Positions 10,598 through 23,548 of a stretch of 64,000 bases of DNA are shown here, piece by piece; positions within the stretch are counted from its first letter, which is position 1, and each line of letters starts with the position of its first letter. The stretch is from Cirrosporium novae-zelandiae (taxonomy: Eukaryota): contig JAPETS010000024.1 of assembly GCA_026023565.1 (NCBI GenBank), positions 124,001-188,000 on the forward strand. The letters are read 5' to 3'. Both the position numbers and the translations under genes were made by a program. Under the pieces are notes generated by a model. It was not told the DNA's origin, ran no database searches, and saw only the letters and a program-made list of their open reading frames with translations.

Positions 10598-13500
10598 ATG
10601 TCCTCTCCGCTCTTTAGAGTTAAGGCGATATACGATTATAACTCGCCGGAAGAAGATGACTTGAGTTTCTCGAGCGGTCAGGTCATAACCGTGACCGAGG
10701 AGGTTGATGCAGAATGGTTCTCGGGGAAATATACGGATACTACCGGGACGTTACAAGAGGGTCTATTCCCCAAGAATCATGTGGAGAAGTTTGAGCCAGA
10801 AATACCATCAAGGCCAGCAAGACCTGGAAGGCCAAAGTCCGTCGCTCTCCCCCCGCCAACGGCAGTTCCAGCAGCACCCCTTCATGCCGAAGAACTTGAG
10901 GACCTTAAAGATGAGAACACTCCTACAGCGCCAACTGCACCCCCAGAACCTCCAGTAGAAACTTCCAAGGGTAAGGGGAGAAGTTCATTGGAATCTACTA
11001 CTTCGAAGCAACCTCCAGTCTTACAAGGGTCACCTAAGGTGGCACCTACGCCTCCGACAGTCAACGCGACATCAAAGCCCCCTCCTTCGTCGTCCAAACC
11101 CCCTCCAGCACCAAAACCTACCGGAAATTCGTTCAAAGACCGTATTGCGGCCTTCAATAAAGCGGCTGCCCCTCCAATTTCACCCTTCAAGCCCGGAGGA
11201 TCAGGCAGCCATTCTGGAGGCTTTATCAAAAAACCATTTGTTGCGCCACCGCCAAGCAGGAATGCATACGTGCCAATGCGCAAAGAACCACCCCCTCAGA
11301 AGATTTATCGAAGAGAGGAGGATCCAGATATTGTCGAGCCAAGGAAGTCCGAACCTGAACCTGTGCAGCCCCCCGTAACAAACAGTTCAGCTGGTCGTGC
11401 GCCCGAGGAGGACGATCAACCAAAACCGACTAGCCTCAAAGAGCGTATAGCTCTTCTACAGAAGCAACAACTTGAAGCAGCCGCCAGACATGCTGAGGCG
11501 GTTCAAAAGAAGGAAAAGCCGAAGCGTCCGCCCAAAAAGCGCGCAGATTCGGAGGAGACCGCTGTTCCCCAGGAAACGGCTCCGATAGAAGGAGGTATGG
11601 AAGTACTAGAGGAGGGTGAGGGAGCAGAAAATCTGCCGTCACGCCCAGCCACCAAACGTCAGCCAACAGATTATGAATCTATCAAAAGTCCAACAAATCA
11701 AGTTCCTAGAGAATTGGTCAGTGATACTAATGACGCTGACTATTCTGGAGAGGCAGAAGAAGGAGATGAGACATCCCTTGATGAAAGGTCTAAATCTAAA
11801 GCTGCAAATAGCAGCAAAGATTCTGGGCCTCCTACCCAAGAAACAGATGTTGGCGACGAGGAAGATAACGCGGAAGAAGAGACGACGGAAGAAGAACAGG
11901 AAGTCGATCCGGAAATTAGACGAAGGATGGAGATTAGAGAAAGGATGGCCAAGATGAGTGGTGGGATGGGTATGATGGGAATGTTTGGTCCGCCAGGTGG
12001 ATTACCGCCTTTGCCTGGCTCTGGCTCTAGCTCTCGAAAGTCAAAAGCGGCTTCAGAGAGTGAGAGAAAGTCGACTGCAGATAGTGAAGCAAGTGCTCGA
12101 GCCCCACCTGTTCCTATCATGGCCCTACCCGGCATGCAGAAGGCCACTAGTCCTAAACCTATTGAAACGGAACTGGAGGTCACAAAGGATGGTGAGGGGA
12201 ACGAGCAGCTTATCACTCAGGTTCGAAGTCCAACAGAGATCCATGATGTGGAAGACATAAAAGAGTCATCTCCTCGAAGAAGTCATGACAGACCACCGCC
12301 ACCCCCTGTTCCAACATCTCAAGGTACGATGCGAGAGTTCAACACACATGATCAATGCTTATAGTCATTAGACACCGTTACATCTCCAGCTTCAACCGTT
12401 GGGCGGCCTCCATCGATCCCTGGAGATACTCCTCCACGCGTTATGGGAACACCTCCTCCAGTCCCAGGAGACCGACCTGCGCCACCTCCCGTTCCAGAAG
12501 GTAAGTAAGTTCATTCATCCTAAGCTAAGATTCTTACCGATTCTTTGCAGGACGGCCGACTCCTCAACTTCCAACTATGCCGATGTCCCCAAGCGGTGGA
12601 GAGATGTCAGATGATGAAATGTCTGTTCACAGAGGCAAACCTCTAAGGAGAGGTTCAGAACATACTGTCGAACACTCAAGTGAAGATACCTCTTCTATTC
12701 CTCCAATGGCTAGTCCGCCACCCCCGGTACCAAATCGGCAAGATATTCCTCGATCTCCTCAAGCAACTCACTCCTCTACCTTTTCCGAGAATTCTTCTCC
12801 AAGATCTCCGGGTAATAGAAGATCGAGCCGTATCCCTCTAATCCCTGAGACAAGCACACCATCATCTCCATCAGCTACGAGAGCTCCACCCCCACCTCCT
12901 CCAGTAGGAGCACCACCTAGTCGTCGATCAACTGTTGAATTGAAAGGACCCCCTGTTCCAACGCATCAGGTGCTTGACACAAGTGAAGGAGAAGTCACCG
13001 AATATGAAGGTGACTACGACACGGATATAGCCCCTGGACAAGATCATAAGGAGGCCCTGAAGGCTCATGCAAGAGACTCGAGTTTCGAAGATAGCAACAC
13101 CCTAGATGATACGCCATTCCATTCTCCAAGAAGTCCGCCTGCTGCTGCACCTCCACCTCCTCCTGCAGTGGCGCCTCGCGCAATGCCTCCCCCACCACCA
13201 ATACAACCACCAAGGCCAGGTAGACCATCCGGAGAAATGCCGCGAGCCCCGCCGCCTCCTGTTCCTCTATCAAAACAGCAAGATCCAGAGGAGCAAGATG
13301 AGGATGATTATGATCCATATCGTTACGGGGAAACTACACCTAGTGTTCCGCCTGCAGATGGTAGGAGTCCGTATAGGGAGTCGACACAATTTATCCCTCC
13401 TCCTCCTCAAGAAACGTCCCTTGAGGAAGATTTGTTCAACGCTTTCCCCCCATCTCGACATATGTCGATAGTTCCGCCACCTTCTGCTGATCGGAGCGCC

Positions 13501-14430
13501 CCTCAACCCCCAGGTTCCCCCCCAGAGCCTCCTGTTAATAGAGCCATGCCACGTAAATCATTGGACATTCGGCAATCATTGGATGCTGGAAGACAGCATA
13601 GCAATTCTAGAAGATCTATGGATGTTCAAAGAAGCGGCGGGGATCATGCTTTCATTGCCAATGATGTAGATTTCTCTCTTAACAGCCAGTGGTGGACCCA
13701 ACCTAATACCCCTCCTCCGATTTTCCAAGGTCGCAACGATATCCTATATGAAATTGAAGAGTCTGTCAACGCCAACCGTGATGGCAAAACAACAGTTTCT
13801 AAATATGTTTATATACTATTTACCGACTACTCCCAAACGGTGATTACAGCCCAATACGGCCTGGATAACCCCTCAGATGTCGCCCTCGAACAGCGTCACG
13901 AAGCACCCCCCCCTCGACCTCGTGAAGACCAACTTGAAAATGCGCATACCCAGTTCGGTAGCCAAATTTCGAATACTGCATCTTCAAAGCAAAACACGAC
14001 CGTGGGTGACGGGACTTCTCGTGGACTGATTCTCGAACTATTAAAATCTTGTCCTGGTGCTTTAATACCTGTTGGCTCACGTGCCTATGGTGCTCTTGTC
14101 TACGCGAATCTAGCGAATGCCTCATTCCAGCAATATGATGTCATTAGGCCAGGCGATATTGTGACGTTCCGGAATGCACGATTTCAGGGGCATAGGGGCC
14201 CCATGCACCAGAAATATAATATCGATGTTGGAAAGCCGGATCATGTTGGTATAGTAGTTGATTGGGATGGGACGAAGAAGAAGATTCGAGCGTGGGAACA
14301 AGGGAGAGACGATAAAGCCAAGCCCAAAGTGAAGTGCGAGAGCTTCAAGGTTGGGGATTTGAGAAGTGGGGAGGTCAAGGTCTGGAGGGTTATGAGTAGG
14401 GAGTGGGTAGGGTGGGAAGCGCAGAAGTAA
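10598..14430 (+). CDS. BBC1: SH3-domain, proline-rich actin-patch protein Bbc1/Mti1-like, 3 exons
   Basis: N-terminal SH3 (FRVKAIYDYNSPEEDDLSF...EW..G...EGLFPKNHVE), SFKDRIAAFN, SLKERIALLQ and EIRERMAKMSGG blocks, and C-terminal DVIRPGDIV...DHVGIVVDWDGTKKKIRAWEQ...DLRSGEVKVWRV. Introns near 12324-12390 and 12501-12550. Confidence 0.88.
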
Positions 14431-15882
14431 AGGAGTTGATGGTTTAATAAGAATGAGGATGCGCATTGATGAATGAGGATACACAGTTGGAATGGAATGG
14501 CAGCAGGAGATGTCAGGCATTAACATTGGAAGAGGTAAAAGGACAGGCGTACCTACCATACCTTTACCCAACTATATTTTTTTGGTGTCGGGGTGTGCGT
14601 GTGCATTACAAGCAGAGATGAAGATAGTGAGCGAGCGAGTTGTGGAAATTATGATCAAGCAGCGTTGCTATCCTGTACATGGTTCATTGTTCGCCATCCT
14701 TTCCTTTTTCCTCGTTCTTTTTTGTATCTGTTGGCTATAGAACCAACCATGGAGGGGAGCTCGGGCTATGGGCCGTATAGCGTTTCACTGTGGATGGTGA
14801 AAAAGGAAAGGAATAAGATCCGACATTATAACTTCTGTGTTTGTGGATGACGATGAACATTCTATTCCAACTCCAAGCTTCGGATATATCCACTTCGAGT
14901 CTTAACATCTAGCAACTACTCCGTCCACCGTCGCTCCTCGCTCAGGGCTCCAAATGGATCCCTCAGGCTTACTTGTAGGAGGCTTTGGAAAAGTGGAAAG
15001 TACTGAAAAGAAGGCCGGTCACAGAATATCAGACTGGCCGAAATCGCAAGAATTAAAAGCTTATTAGAGAATAGTTTCTTGATTTATGCGCGCACCTACA
15101 TATACCAAGTACTACTAGATATCGCCAACCTTGTCCTAATAGTGCCCATGCATGCCATATTCTAACGACGCCCATTTCCATATGCTATCCTTTAGAAGCT
15201 TGTTCGAATTCAAGAACATGTTCTCCGGACAGAAGTCAAAAACAATATCACATTCCACGGAACGAAATAATGGCCAAGTTTCAGACCCCTTGCACATTCA
15301 AATATACGTCATGACTTATTAGGAAAATATGTGGAAATGCATGAACTTGGACCCCTCTGTTCTAGTGGACGAACCAAAAAAGCCCGATGAAGTTAGATAG
15401 TTTTATCCAAAACCTGCTAAGATCTATCTAGAGTTTTTACCGATTGGCGCATTATGTAACGAACGGAAGGCAAAGAAAGATGAATGAAAGAAAGTCCAGG
15501 ATGTGATTGTTTTCTTCTTGTGAAAGAATTCACCGCCCGAATGACCGGTTCCACCCCAAAACAGCTGGGTGACTTCAAGCATCATATCATGGAGGGGGGC
15601 TTTTTGTTATCCTTTACTAGTAACTGGATTGGCGAAGAGGATGCCCCCCAATTCTTAAGTGGGGGGGGAGACAGCCACGAGGGCCAACTCCACCCTCTTT
15701 CAGCATAAAAGACAAGGCCTGCCAGCCTCTTCTTCTGCTTTTCCAACCTGTACACGTTACATCTATCCTCAGCAGCACAAAAGAAAAAGAACCAGATATA
15801 TATTCTATTCTATTACTTTGATCTTCTTTTCCAAACATCTCAACCAACCAAAACAGATCCACCAAACCTCTCCAAACTCAAA

Positions 15883-16211
15883 ATGGGTAGGCGTCCTCTC
15901 CCCCGCATCTCCACTATCTTGCTCATGACTCTCTTCCCATGGGACAAAAATCTTAACTCAACTCTTTTAAGAAATGATATCCTTAGCAAAGACTTTCTTT
16001 TATTCTTCCACGGTTAGATATATATTTATTACTTGAATGCTAATATGATATCATCATTCTCTAGGTCCTTGCTCCTGTTCCTGCGGTTCTTCCTGCCAAT
16101 GCCCGGCAGGGCAGTGCACCTGCGGCACCGTATGTCTCTCCTCACCCATCCTACAATAACAATAAAAAAAAGATGCCTAGCTAAATCTTTCTCACAACCG
16201 AATAGAAATAA
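15883..16211 (+). CDS. Copper metallothionein (Neurospora-type), 24 aa, exons 15883-15886, 16065-16129, 16206-16211
   Basis: CAAAATGG|GTAGGC...GCTAAT...CTAG|GT CCT TGC...GGC ACC|GTATGT...GCTAAA...ATAG|AAA TAA splices in frame to MGPCSCSCGSSCQCPAGQCTCGTK*, with 7 Cys in CxC motifs. TATA-like TATATA near 15797. Confidence 0.88.
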
Positions 16212-16997
16212 ATCATGCCGCCTGAGTAACGCCTTTGCAACCCCCACCTTTCATGTCACTCCTCCCTCACTATCCTCGCCGGCCCTGACGATATGATTCC
16301 CCTCCGTTCTTTCACTCCCACTTTCTCTTCCACTACGATTCGTTTTCCATGCGTTCTCGAAAAGAAAAAAACGTGAAAAAAAACTTCAGTAGCCTTTGTA
16401 AAAGACTGTCCTTTCCAGATCCCCAATTGCTAGGGTGTTTTTGATGCATGTATTATGAGAAAGGGAAGAGCGAAAGAAAGATTGATTGGGCATATCTATA
16501 ACACAAGAAAAAACAATACGACATATGGCTTTTCTCATTCTTTTTTTGAAAGACGTTCTCGGGCTAGCTTGGCGAATAATATCTACCTATCACCCGGACG
16601 TATAAAGGTGAAGCGCAAAGCCATTTGATTATCGCAACAACACTCAGAGATAATTATTATTTGCATACACATTCAAGGGCTCGAAAGTAATTGTCTGGAA
16701 TCCGTCATTTGCCTACAGCATTCTACAAGGGTAGCGGGACAAGAGGGGAGAAGGGATGTGTGGGGTTTATGAAAGCGTTTACATACATGATCTAAATTTT
16801 TCTTTCCCTTTTTTTTTTTACCTGCTTATATTTTCTTTCTTTAGTTGATCGAATTGATTAACATAACATGTGTACATGAATTTTACGTATTTCTCTCCTA
16901 AGAAATGATTGAAATGAATGAAATTTTAAAGAAGCATGATTGGATTGCTTTAGATTATATATGTAACATATGCCTTGAGACTTTTTTTGGCATTATT

Positions 16998-17856
16998 AGA
17001 TATTGAGCTTTGATTCTGATTCTGAGTTTGATTCTGACTCTCGACATCGACATCGACATCGACTTGGAGTGAAACCCTCCTTGAATAACCACAATCACAA
17101 CCACAACCATAGATGCCAAGCCACGTATATGTACATGTACATACCTCATACCTCAGACTTGCATACACGTAACCCCATATCACAATGTCACAATATCACA
17201 TAATCCCCCCCCCCCCACTTCCCTCCTTCCCACTTTATACTATGTAGTCCACACTATCGATTCCTATCCATAAGCCTTAAGATACCTAGATCCGATGAAC
17301 CTGAGCCTGGGTCTGATACTGTGTGTGTGTGGTAAGAACGATAGATATCCCCCCCCTGGATCCCCCCCTAGATCCCCTAAATCCCTAAACATTATAAAAC
17401 AATCACCCAAATCCAAATCTGAATCTAAATCCACTCCACGAAGGATAGGAATCCAATGCATGCACGTACTTAGTAGACAGAAAAACATGGGCGATATTTA
17501 AACCAGAAATCCAAAGCCAAAGCCACCTATGAAAGAAAGAAAGGAAGGAAGAAAGGAAATGATACTGATGCTGACGTTGATGTTGATGTTGATGCTGATA
17601 CATACCTAGCACTGCCAATTGATAATTGATATTTCTAATTTGATAAGAAGAAGAAGAAGAAGAAGAAAAGGAAGAAGAGGAAGAAGATCCCAACTAAAAT
17701 TGATCTTAAAAGGGAAGTAGGGATAAATAAATAAATAAAGGAGGGCTGGGTTTCACTTCTTCCCTCTCTCCTATATTCCTCTCTTTCTCTCTTTCTCTCT
17801 CCTATATTCCTCTCTTTCTCTCTTTCTCTCTTTCTCTCTTTCTCTCTTTCTCTCTC
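16998..17856. repeat. Microsatellite/low-complexity tract: (GATTCT)n, (CATCGA)n, (AACCAC)n, (TGATGT)n, (GAA)n at 17645-17686, CT-rich run 17760-17856
   Basis: Tandem units directly visible. The overlapping short ORFs translate to low-complexity artefacts. Confidence 0.85.
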
Positions 17857-18717
17857 CACCCCCGGACCCTCCTCTCCACAACCCCACATAAAGCAAGCGA
17901 AGTGATGAGAAAGGTAAACCTCCCTGCCACCAAAAAAGCGACAAGGGAAGCCAGAGGTTTTGATAGAATCATTCATTTATTCATGATCCATCTATCCATC
18001 ACACGATTGACCCTATCCTATGAATTCATAGGATAAGGTTAATCGGGTTTGCTTGTTTGTTTGTTTGTTGTTGTTGGTAGTAGCGGGTTGATTAAATCAC
18101 AGTAGCACAAACACACACAATAAATACCCAACACTACGGAAAAAGAAGAATCGATTTTCTCGATTTTTTTTCATTCTGGGGGAAAGGTATGTTATATGTG
18201 TGTGTTATGCATCTGCTCCTTACCTTACCCACATAGAGAAGCCCACAGATGTCTATAACTCATTAGCTAGTTTGGCGTTGGGGGAAATCTTGATGTGATT
18301 CAATGTAGTTTTTAGTAATAATTCTTATTGGGGGTAAGGCAGAGAAAGGGACGGCCTGTCATTTTTTTGCATTACCGTAACTCTCTCCCCTTCCTCTCCT
18401 TGGCTATATTGGGTATATCTTATGTAAACCCTTTGTCTTTGATTTATACACAATGAAAGGGGTATTGGTTAGCTATTGATCATGCTCGCCGTCCATAAGT
18501 TCTAGTTGGAGTATCGTGTTGCAATGCCTGCCTTAATATACGCCTTGCGTCGTCGTACCGTGACCACCGAATCAAGCTTATACCGTCCGTAAAGGCAGAA
18601 AAGTCCAACGTCCGAATCCGAATCCTAATCCTCCTATCATACATATTCATAGGACACTGTGTGCAAAACAGCTAAACCTCTATAGGGTTATCCTCTAGAA
18701 TTTGTAGTGAGCATATT

Positions 18718-21272
18718 TTATGCCTTTGTTGTAGTAGCGCTTGTGGTTGAAGCTGCATATGTCTTCTTCTTTCCCTTCTTCTTTGATTTTGGAGTTGTAT
18801 TGCCGTTTGCTGGAACTTTACCATCAGTGGTCCGGTTTTGTTTCGCCTTTTTCCGGTTTTTCCGGTTTTGTTTCCTCTGCTCCCTCTCGGCTTTTGTTTG
18901 CTTGATGAGTGCTCTCTTAGACTGTTGTTTAGGGATTGGGGGTCCATTACTAATGTCATTATGACCTGGGAGATTAAATATTTGCGAGCTTGAAGAGGCC
19001 CCCAAAATATTCTGTGGAAGATCTTGACTCCCATCTAATATTTTTAAGCCCTCTGCAACCCCACGAAGCATTTCACGTTGGGCATAGTAAGAAGAATAGT
19101 CGCCTCCAAGAATAGCCCCAAGGATGCTTTTGTGAGGATTTCCAGCATACATAGCACCCTGTAATGTTTTGAAGGCGGTTCCAAATGCCTCGAGAATGAG
19201 CAAGATATTTTTAGAACCTCCAGAGACATCGTTGTATGGATCATTAGGATCTACGATAGACAGGCGTTCCAGGTTTGCAGCGCGATAAGGAAGGTTGGTG
19301 TTCTTACCCTGTAGAAATTAGTAATGAACAAACTGTAGAATTACGAACATATACCCACCTTGACGAAATAAGCAGGGGGGTTCATCTGTATACCAACACG
19401 GGTGGTGTCAAAGTTGTTTCCATAGAGGTCCAGAAATTCCATCAAAATCTCCCCAAGATGGTTGACTGGATCAAGCTCGCCTCTTTGAATGGAAGGAAGT
19501 TGTTGCATAAGAGAAACAATTAAGCATATTATAGAAAAACCTCCTAGGCCGCCTGTAGAAACATCATCGAATCGGCGCATAAGGAGAAACTGTTTGATTA
19601 TAGAGACGAGGACTGGCATAGCAGGATACATCTCCTTCCACATTGCAAATGTCTGATTCGCTACCAGACCGGAAGAATTATCAAAGGACACATCAACTTT
19701 TAGTCCTGTGACCTTGTCAATGAATTTGACGATTGGGACCCTCGCCTTTGGGATCGTTTGGATATCCGATGCTATGTGATTGCTTCTTAAGAAGTTGGCG
19801 AAATCTCTAACCTTCCTAGGTCCATAACTAGTATCATAGCCAGTCGTTTGGAACTTGGGTGAGAGCAAGACTAGATCCATATCTGCGACGGGTAGGTAGA
19901 GACCAGAGGCAAAAGATCCAAAGGCAAAGATTTTGTGTTTGGTGTACAAGTGGTGTCTAGACAGGGTGTTCTGAATACGATCAATTAGATCCGTACGTAC
20001 CGCACGTTCCCAATCTTGTGGTCGGCACCAACTATAGAAGTCACAGATTTCTCGATGCAAACTAAAGAAAATTGTCAGCTCAGAGCTTTGTTGAGAATAG
20101 CAATCAAAAATCTGATGGAGAATAGCTACAGGGTGCTGATGTACTCACCTATAGGCAGGGTTGGATACCTTAGCCTCATGGTCTGGGTCAGGGCAATACC
20201 ATGGGGTAGGATTCTGTCCGGGAGCGGGCTGCCAATCCGAAACTATCTCACCTACATCATGTCGATAGGCTCCACGGGTGTTAAGGTGACCTATTTGGTA
20301 AACGGTTTTTTCAGTAGTAAGAAACTTGATGGTATCATCATGTGTCCTTTTACGATTTCCTAATGCGGGGTCTCCATTAACGACGATTTTGGACTGGGAA
20401 GAGGCTTCGATTGCTATCGAAGTAGCACCAGGCGCACCATTATATTTTGCATCTCGATCAATAGAAGCGAATGATGATTTTGTAGGAAGACCTTGAGGTA
20501 GAGGCGGAAGTGAATTCTTAGGAGGTAGAGGTACCTCATTCTCAATTGCCATACTTCCGTCGTCATCCCCAAAATCAAAGGAAATAAAGTCGTCGTTAGC
20601 AGTCACAGCATTAGAAACCTCTACCTTATCTCCCTCTGAAGTTATTCTAGCTTTGCGGATAAGCTTAACAATGTCTTTTTTCTTGTGGGTTTCATCGACA
20701 GGAGGAAGGACAGTATATGGGTCGGGATTAGACCACTTGGGAATCTCTGAACCATCGTGTCGAGTCCTGATCGACTCTTTGGTAACCTTCTTCTTTGGAG
20801 GCTCTTCATCATCACCAGTTTCACTGCAGGATTGGACTTCAGTTGTAGCTAAAGCGATGTCTCCATTTCCATCATCAGATTCAAGCTGCATATCCTCTTC
20901 CTCGCTATCAGAGACGTCCTCGAGATCAAGGAACTTGACCGCATCAGGATGCTCGACATCAACTCCGAGAACACGTTCAGGAGTAACATCTTGACGAGCA
21001 GTCAGGAGTGGTCTCTCAGATGTTACTTCATGTTGACGAAATGGTCTTCGGTTTGGTCGAAAATGTTTCCCGTCGCGTGGTCGAGGTCGAGTATTTGAGT
21101 GAGGCTCAGAATGTGAATTGTTGGAAGCAAAGGTAGGTGGACGGTAAGTATCACCTTGAGGATATCTTGGAGCACGGTCATCACCACGGAAAGAGAAGTT
21201 CATAGGGTCATGACGACCTGGATCAGATCCACGGTCAGCAGGGCGATATGAATCGCCTCTAAATTGAAACAT
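18718..21272 (-). CDS. TRF4: Non-canonical poly(A) polymerase Trf4/Cid14 (TRAMP complex), 3 exons
   Basis: LHREICDFY, FGSFASGLYLPVADMDLV (GS + DxD), ARVPIVKFID, VDVSFDN, GGLGGFS, LGEILMEFLDLYGNNFD and LSIVDPNDPYNDVSGGS motifs. Confidence 0.93.
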
Positions 21273-21865
21273 GGTGATATACAGTCACACAGTATATCGT
21301 AGATGAGTTAGTAGATCAACTCGTTAGAATCCAAAAAGATTCGTGTCTCTCGATTAGGTGACTTTGAAAGAAGTGCGACGGGCCGCATTCAAATTTGTGA
21401 CACTAGTGCCTTAGGCCTACAACAACAGCAGAATGCAGAACGCAATCCAACCAAAGAGGTGGTGCGTAGGGCTGAACAACGGTGAGATTCGGAGCCTCGG
21501 GGCTTGCAAACTTGCCAAGCTTCATCAGTTAACTCTATTGTGTACTGGACTGTAATTACTGAACTGTAGACAAGTCATCCTCGATGCCTGAGCCTCATCA
21601 TAGAAAGTCATGTCTGCCTTGTGTTCGAGTCATTGTAGCCTCACAGACCCCAACTTAGTATTTTCAACATTACATTGGCTTAACATTATGACCATTTGAC
21701 TCTATCTACCCTGCCACATCCTCCAGTCCAGGCAGCAGAAGTATAATGTTACAATGTTTTATGTTGTTAAATGCAGCTTTTCCCCCTTGGATGAAAGCAT
21801 TCTCTGGATCTGTATCGGGAATATTCTCACTTGTTATTGTTTTCAGTTGAATCAGGTTGCCCATC

Positions 21866-22671
21866 ATGGAACTTCCTGGCCATTTCTTGTCCTCGGCCGC
21901 TGTTGGCATTACTATTCGAAGGGTCCACTGGCCTGACACTCCTCTTCCAGAATATGACGGCCTTCATGCCTATATCTTAGACAATGTCCTCACTCCCATG
22001 GAATGTACACAACTCATTGCGGTTGCTGAAGCTCGAACTGAGGGGAAATGGGAGCCGGCACAAATCAACGTTGGGAATGGAAGGCAAGAGCTTAACCTCT
22101 ATAGTCGAGATTGTGGTCGCTACATCTGGGACGATGCAGAATTGGCGGGAAAACTTCTGGAGCGAGTGAGGCCAATATTACCAAAGAAGGTAATGACACT
22201 TAAAGATATGCCAAAGGTCACTGGGATAGGACCAATAAAGCGCAAGGAGACATTAGAATTAGAAAGATTGAATGAACGTTTGAGATTTCTAAAGTATGGT
22301 GAAAATCAATTCTTTGCTCGTGAGTAAATCCTATCTTGAAATTTCTACTATCCATTATTATTCTAGGTGCAAATCCACTCATTTTTGGTCATTTAGCACA
22401 CTGTGATGGCACATATAGGACTCCAGCGGGTAATGAGACTTCATTTTTTACCTTTCACCTATATCTTAACGAACTTGAGGGTAACTTACCAGGCGGAGCG
22501 ACAACATTTCATTCGTACAACATGGACCGCCGTCTCGATGTTAAACCAAAACCCGGCCGTGTTTTGATTTTCCAACAGCAGGGTCTCTTACATTCGGGCG
22601 ATGATCTCAATGAAGGAGTCAAGTATACAGTGAGATCGGACATGATGTATAAGAAGGCTGAAAGTGAATGA
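21866..22671 (+). CDS. 2-oxoglutarate/Fe(II)-dependent oxygenase (prolyl-4-hydroxylase-like), 2 exons
   Basis: ILDNVLTPMEC, LNERLRFLKY...FFA|PHCDG (HxD), TFHLYLN, GGATTF, PKPGRVLIFQQ...LLHSG and KYTVRSD motifs. Intron GTGAGT at about 22320 to TTAG at about 22396. Confidence 0.88.
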
Positions 22672-23548
22672 AGGAAGAAAATGCAAAGCTATGAGCAGGT
22701 GTGTTCTCAGGGCACGAGTTGAGAAATGTGACTAGATTCTGCAGCATAATCGTGATTAGAAGATACTGACCGCCTTACTTTCGGGTCTTCGGCTTCCTTT
22801 ATTGTTACTGCAATAGGAACCCGAACAGATTATACGTTGTAAGAAGTGGGGAGTTCCAATTACAAACTAATCCCTGGCTAGGATTCATTAAAAAGACTTC
22901 AAATAATGGATTGCCGTTAGGGTGACAAAATACCTTCAAACTGGCTTCTTTTTAGGTAGAATATCGAAAGATACCAACCAGTCAAAATTGAACCATTTGC
23001 GATGAGTGGCAACCCGGTCACACCGTTCCAAGGTTCTAGCTAAGCATTGGTTCCTGTCGTCATCGTTTTTGATTCTTTCCATCGTTTAAGTTGCCTTTCT
23101 TGCCTAGTTCTATAGGAAATTATGCTAAGAATATATGCATTTCGCCTGAGCCAATACTCGAGGATTATACATTGAATCTTGCTTCCTGAATATTGCAATT
23201 TTTTTAAGGAACATTCTTTAAAATTCTACTGTTTTCTTACATTGCTCTTTCTAAAGCGTTGAGAAGTTCGGAGGCCCGAAAATGACTTTATCTTTGTAGG
23301 ATTTGCTATCGTCGTCTGGAAACCGATCTGCCGACTAGCCGGATCTATAATTTTAAGTATCGACCAAATCCACTTTGATATACCCATCTCGGTTAGAACG
23401 GCAAATCATTTGCTTTAAGGCTGTTATTATTACCAGCGATTATATCAGACATGGACATATCAACAAGGTCTCTCTCCTCCTTTCCTCCACTCTTCTTCTC
23501 TTGCTTTCCCCTCTTCATTCTCCTCTATGGTGGTGGCTCTCTCACTAT

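Noticed and set aside
10704..14571. Many overlapping antisense and alternate-frame ORFs inside BBC1 (likewise in AAT, FOX2, LysM, farA)
   Set aside because: Expected shadows of Pro/Ser-rich or GC-rich coding sequence.
15950..16020. Possible extra exon or nested intron inside metallothionein intron 1 (TTAAC..AAG, later GTTAGA)
   Set aside because: Including it would shift the Cys-rich exon out of frame, and the splice signals are weak.
16950..17976. Several 60-113 aa ORFs on both strands
   Set aside because: They are translations of microsatellites (poly-Ser, His-Arg, Glu-Arg); no splice or family evidence.
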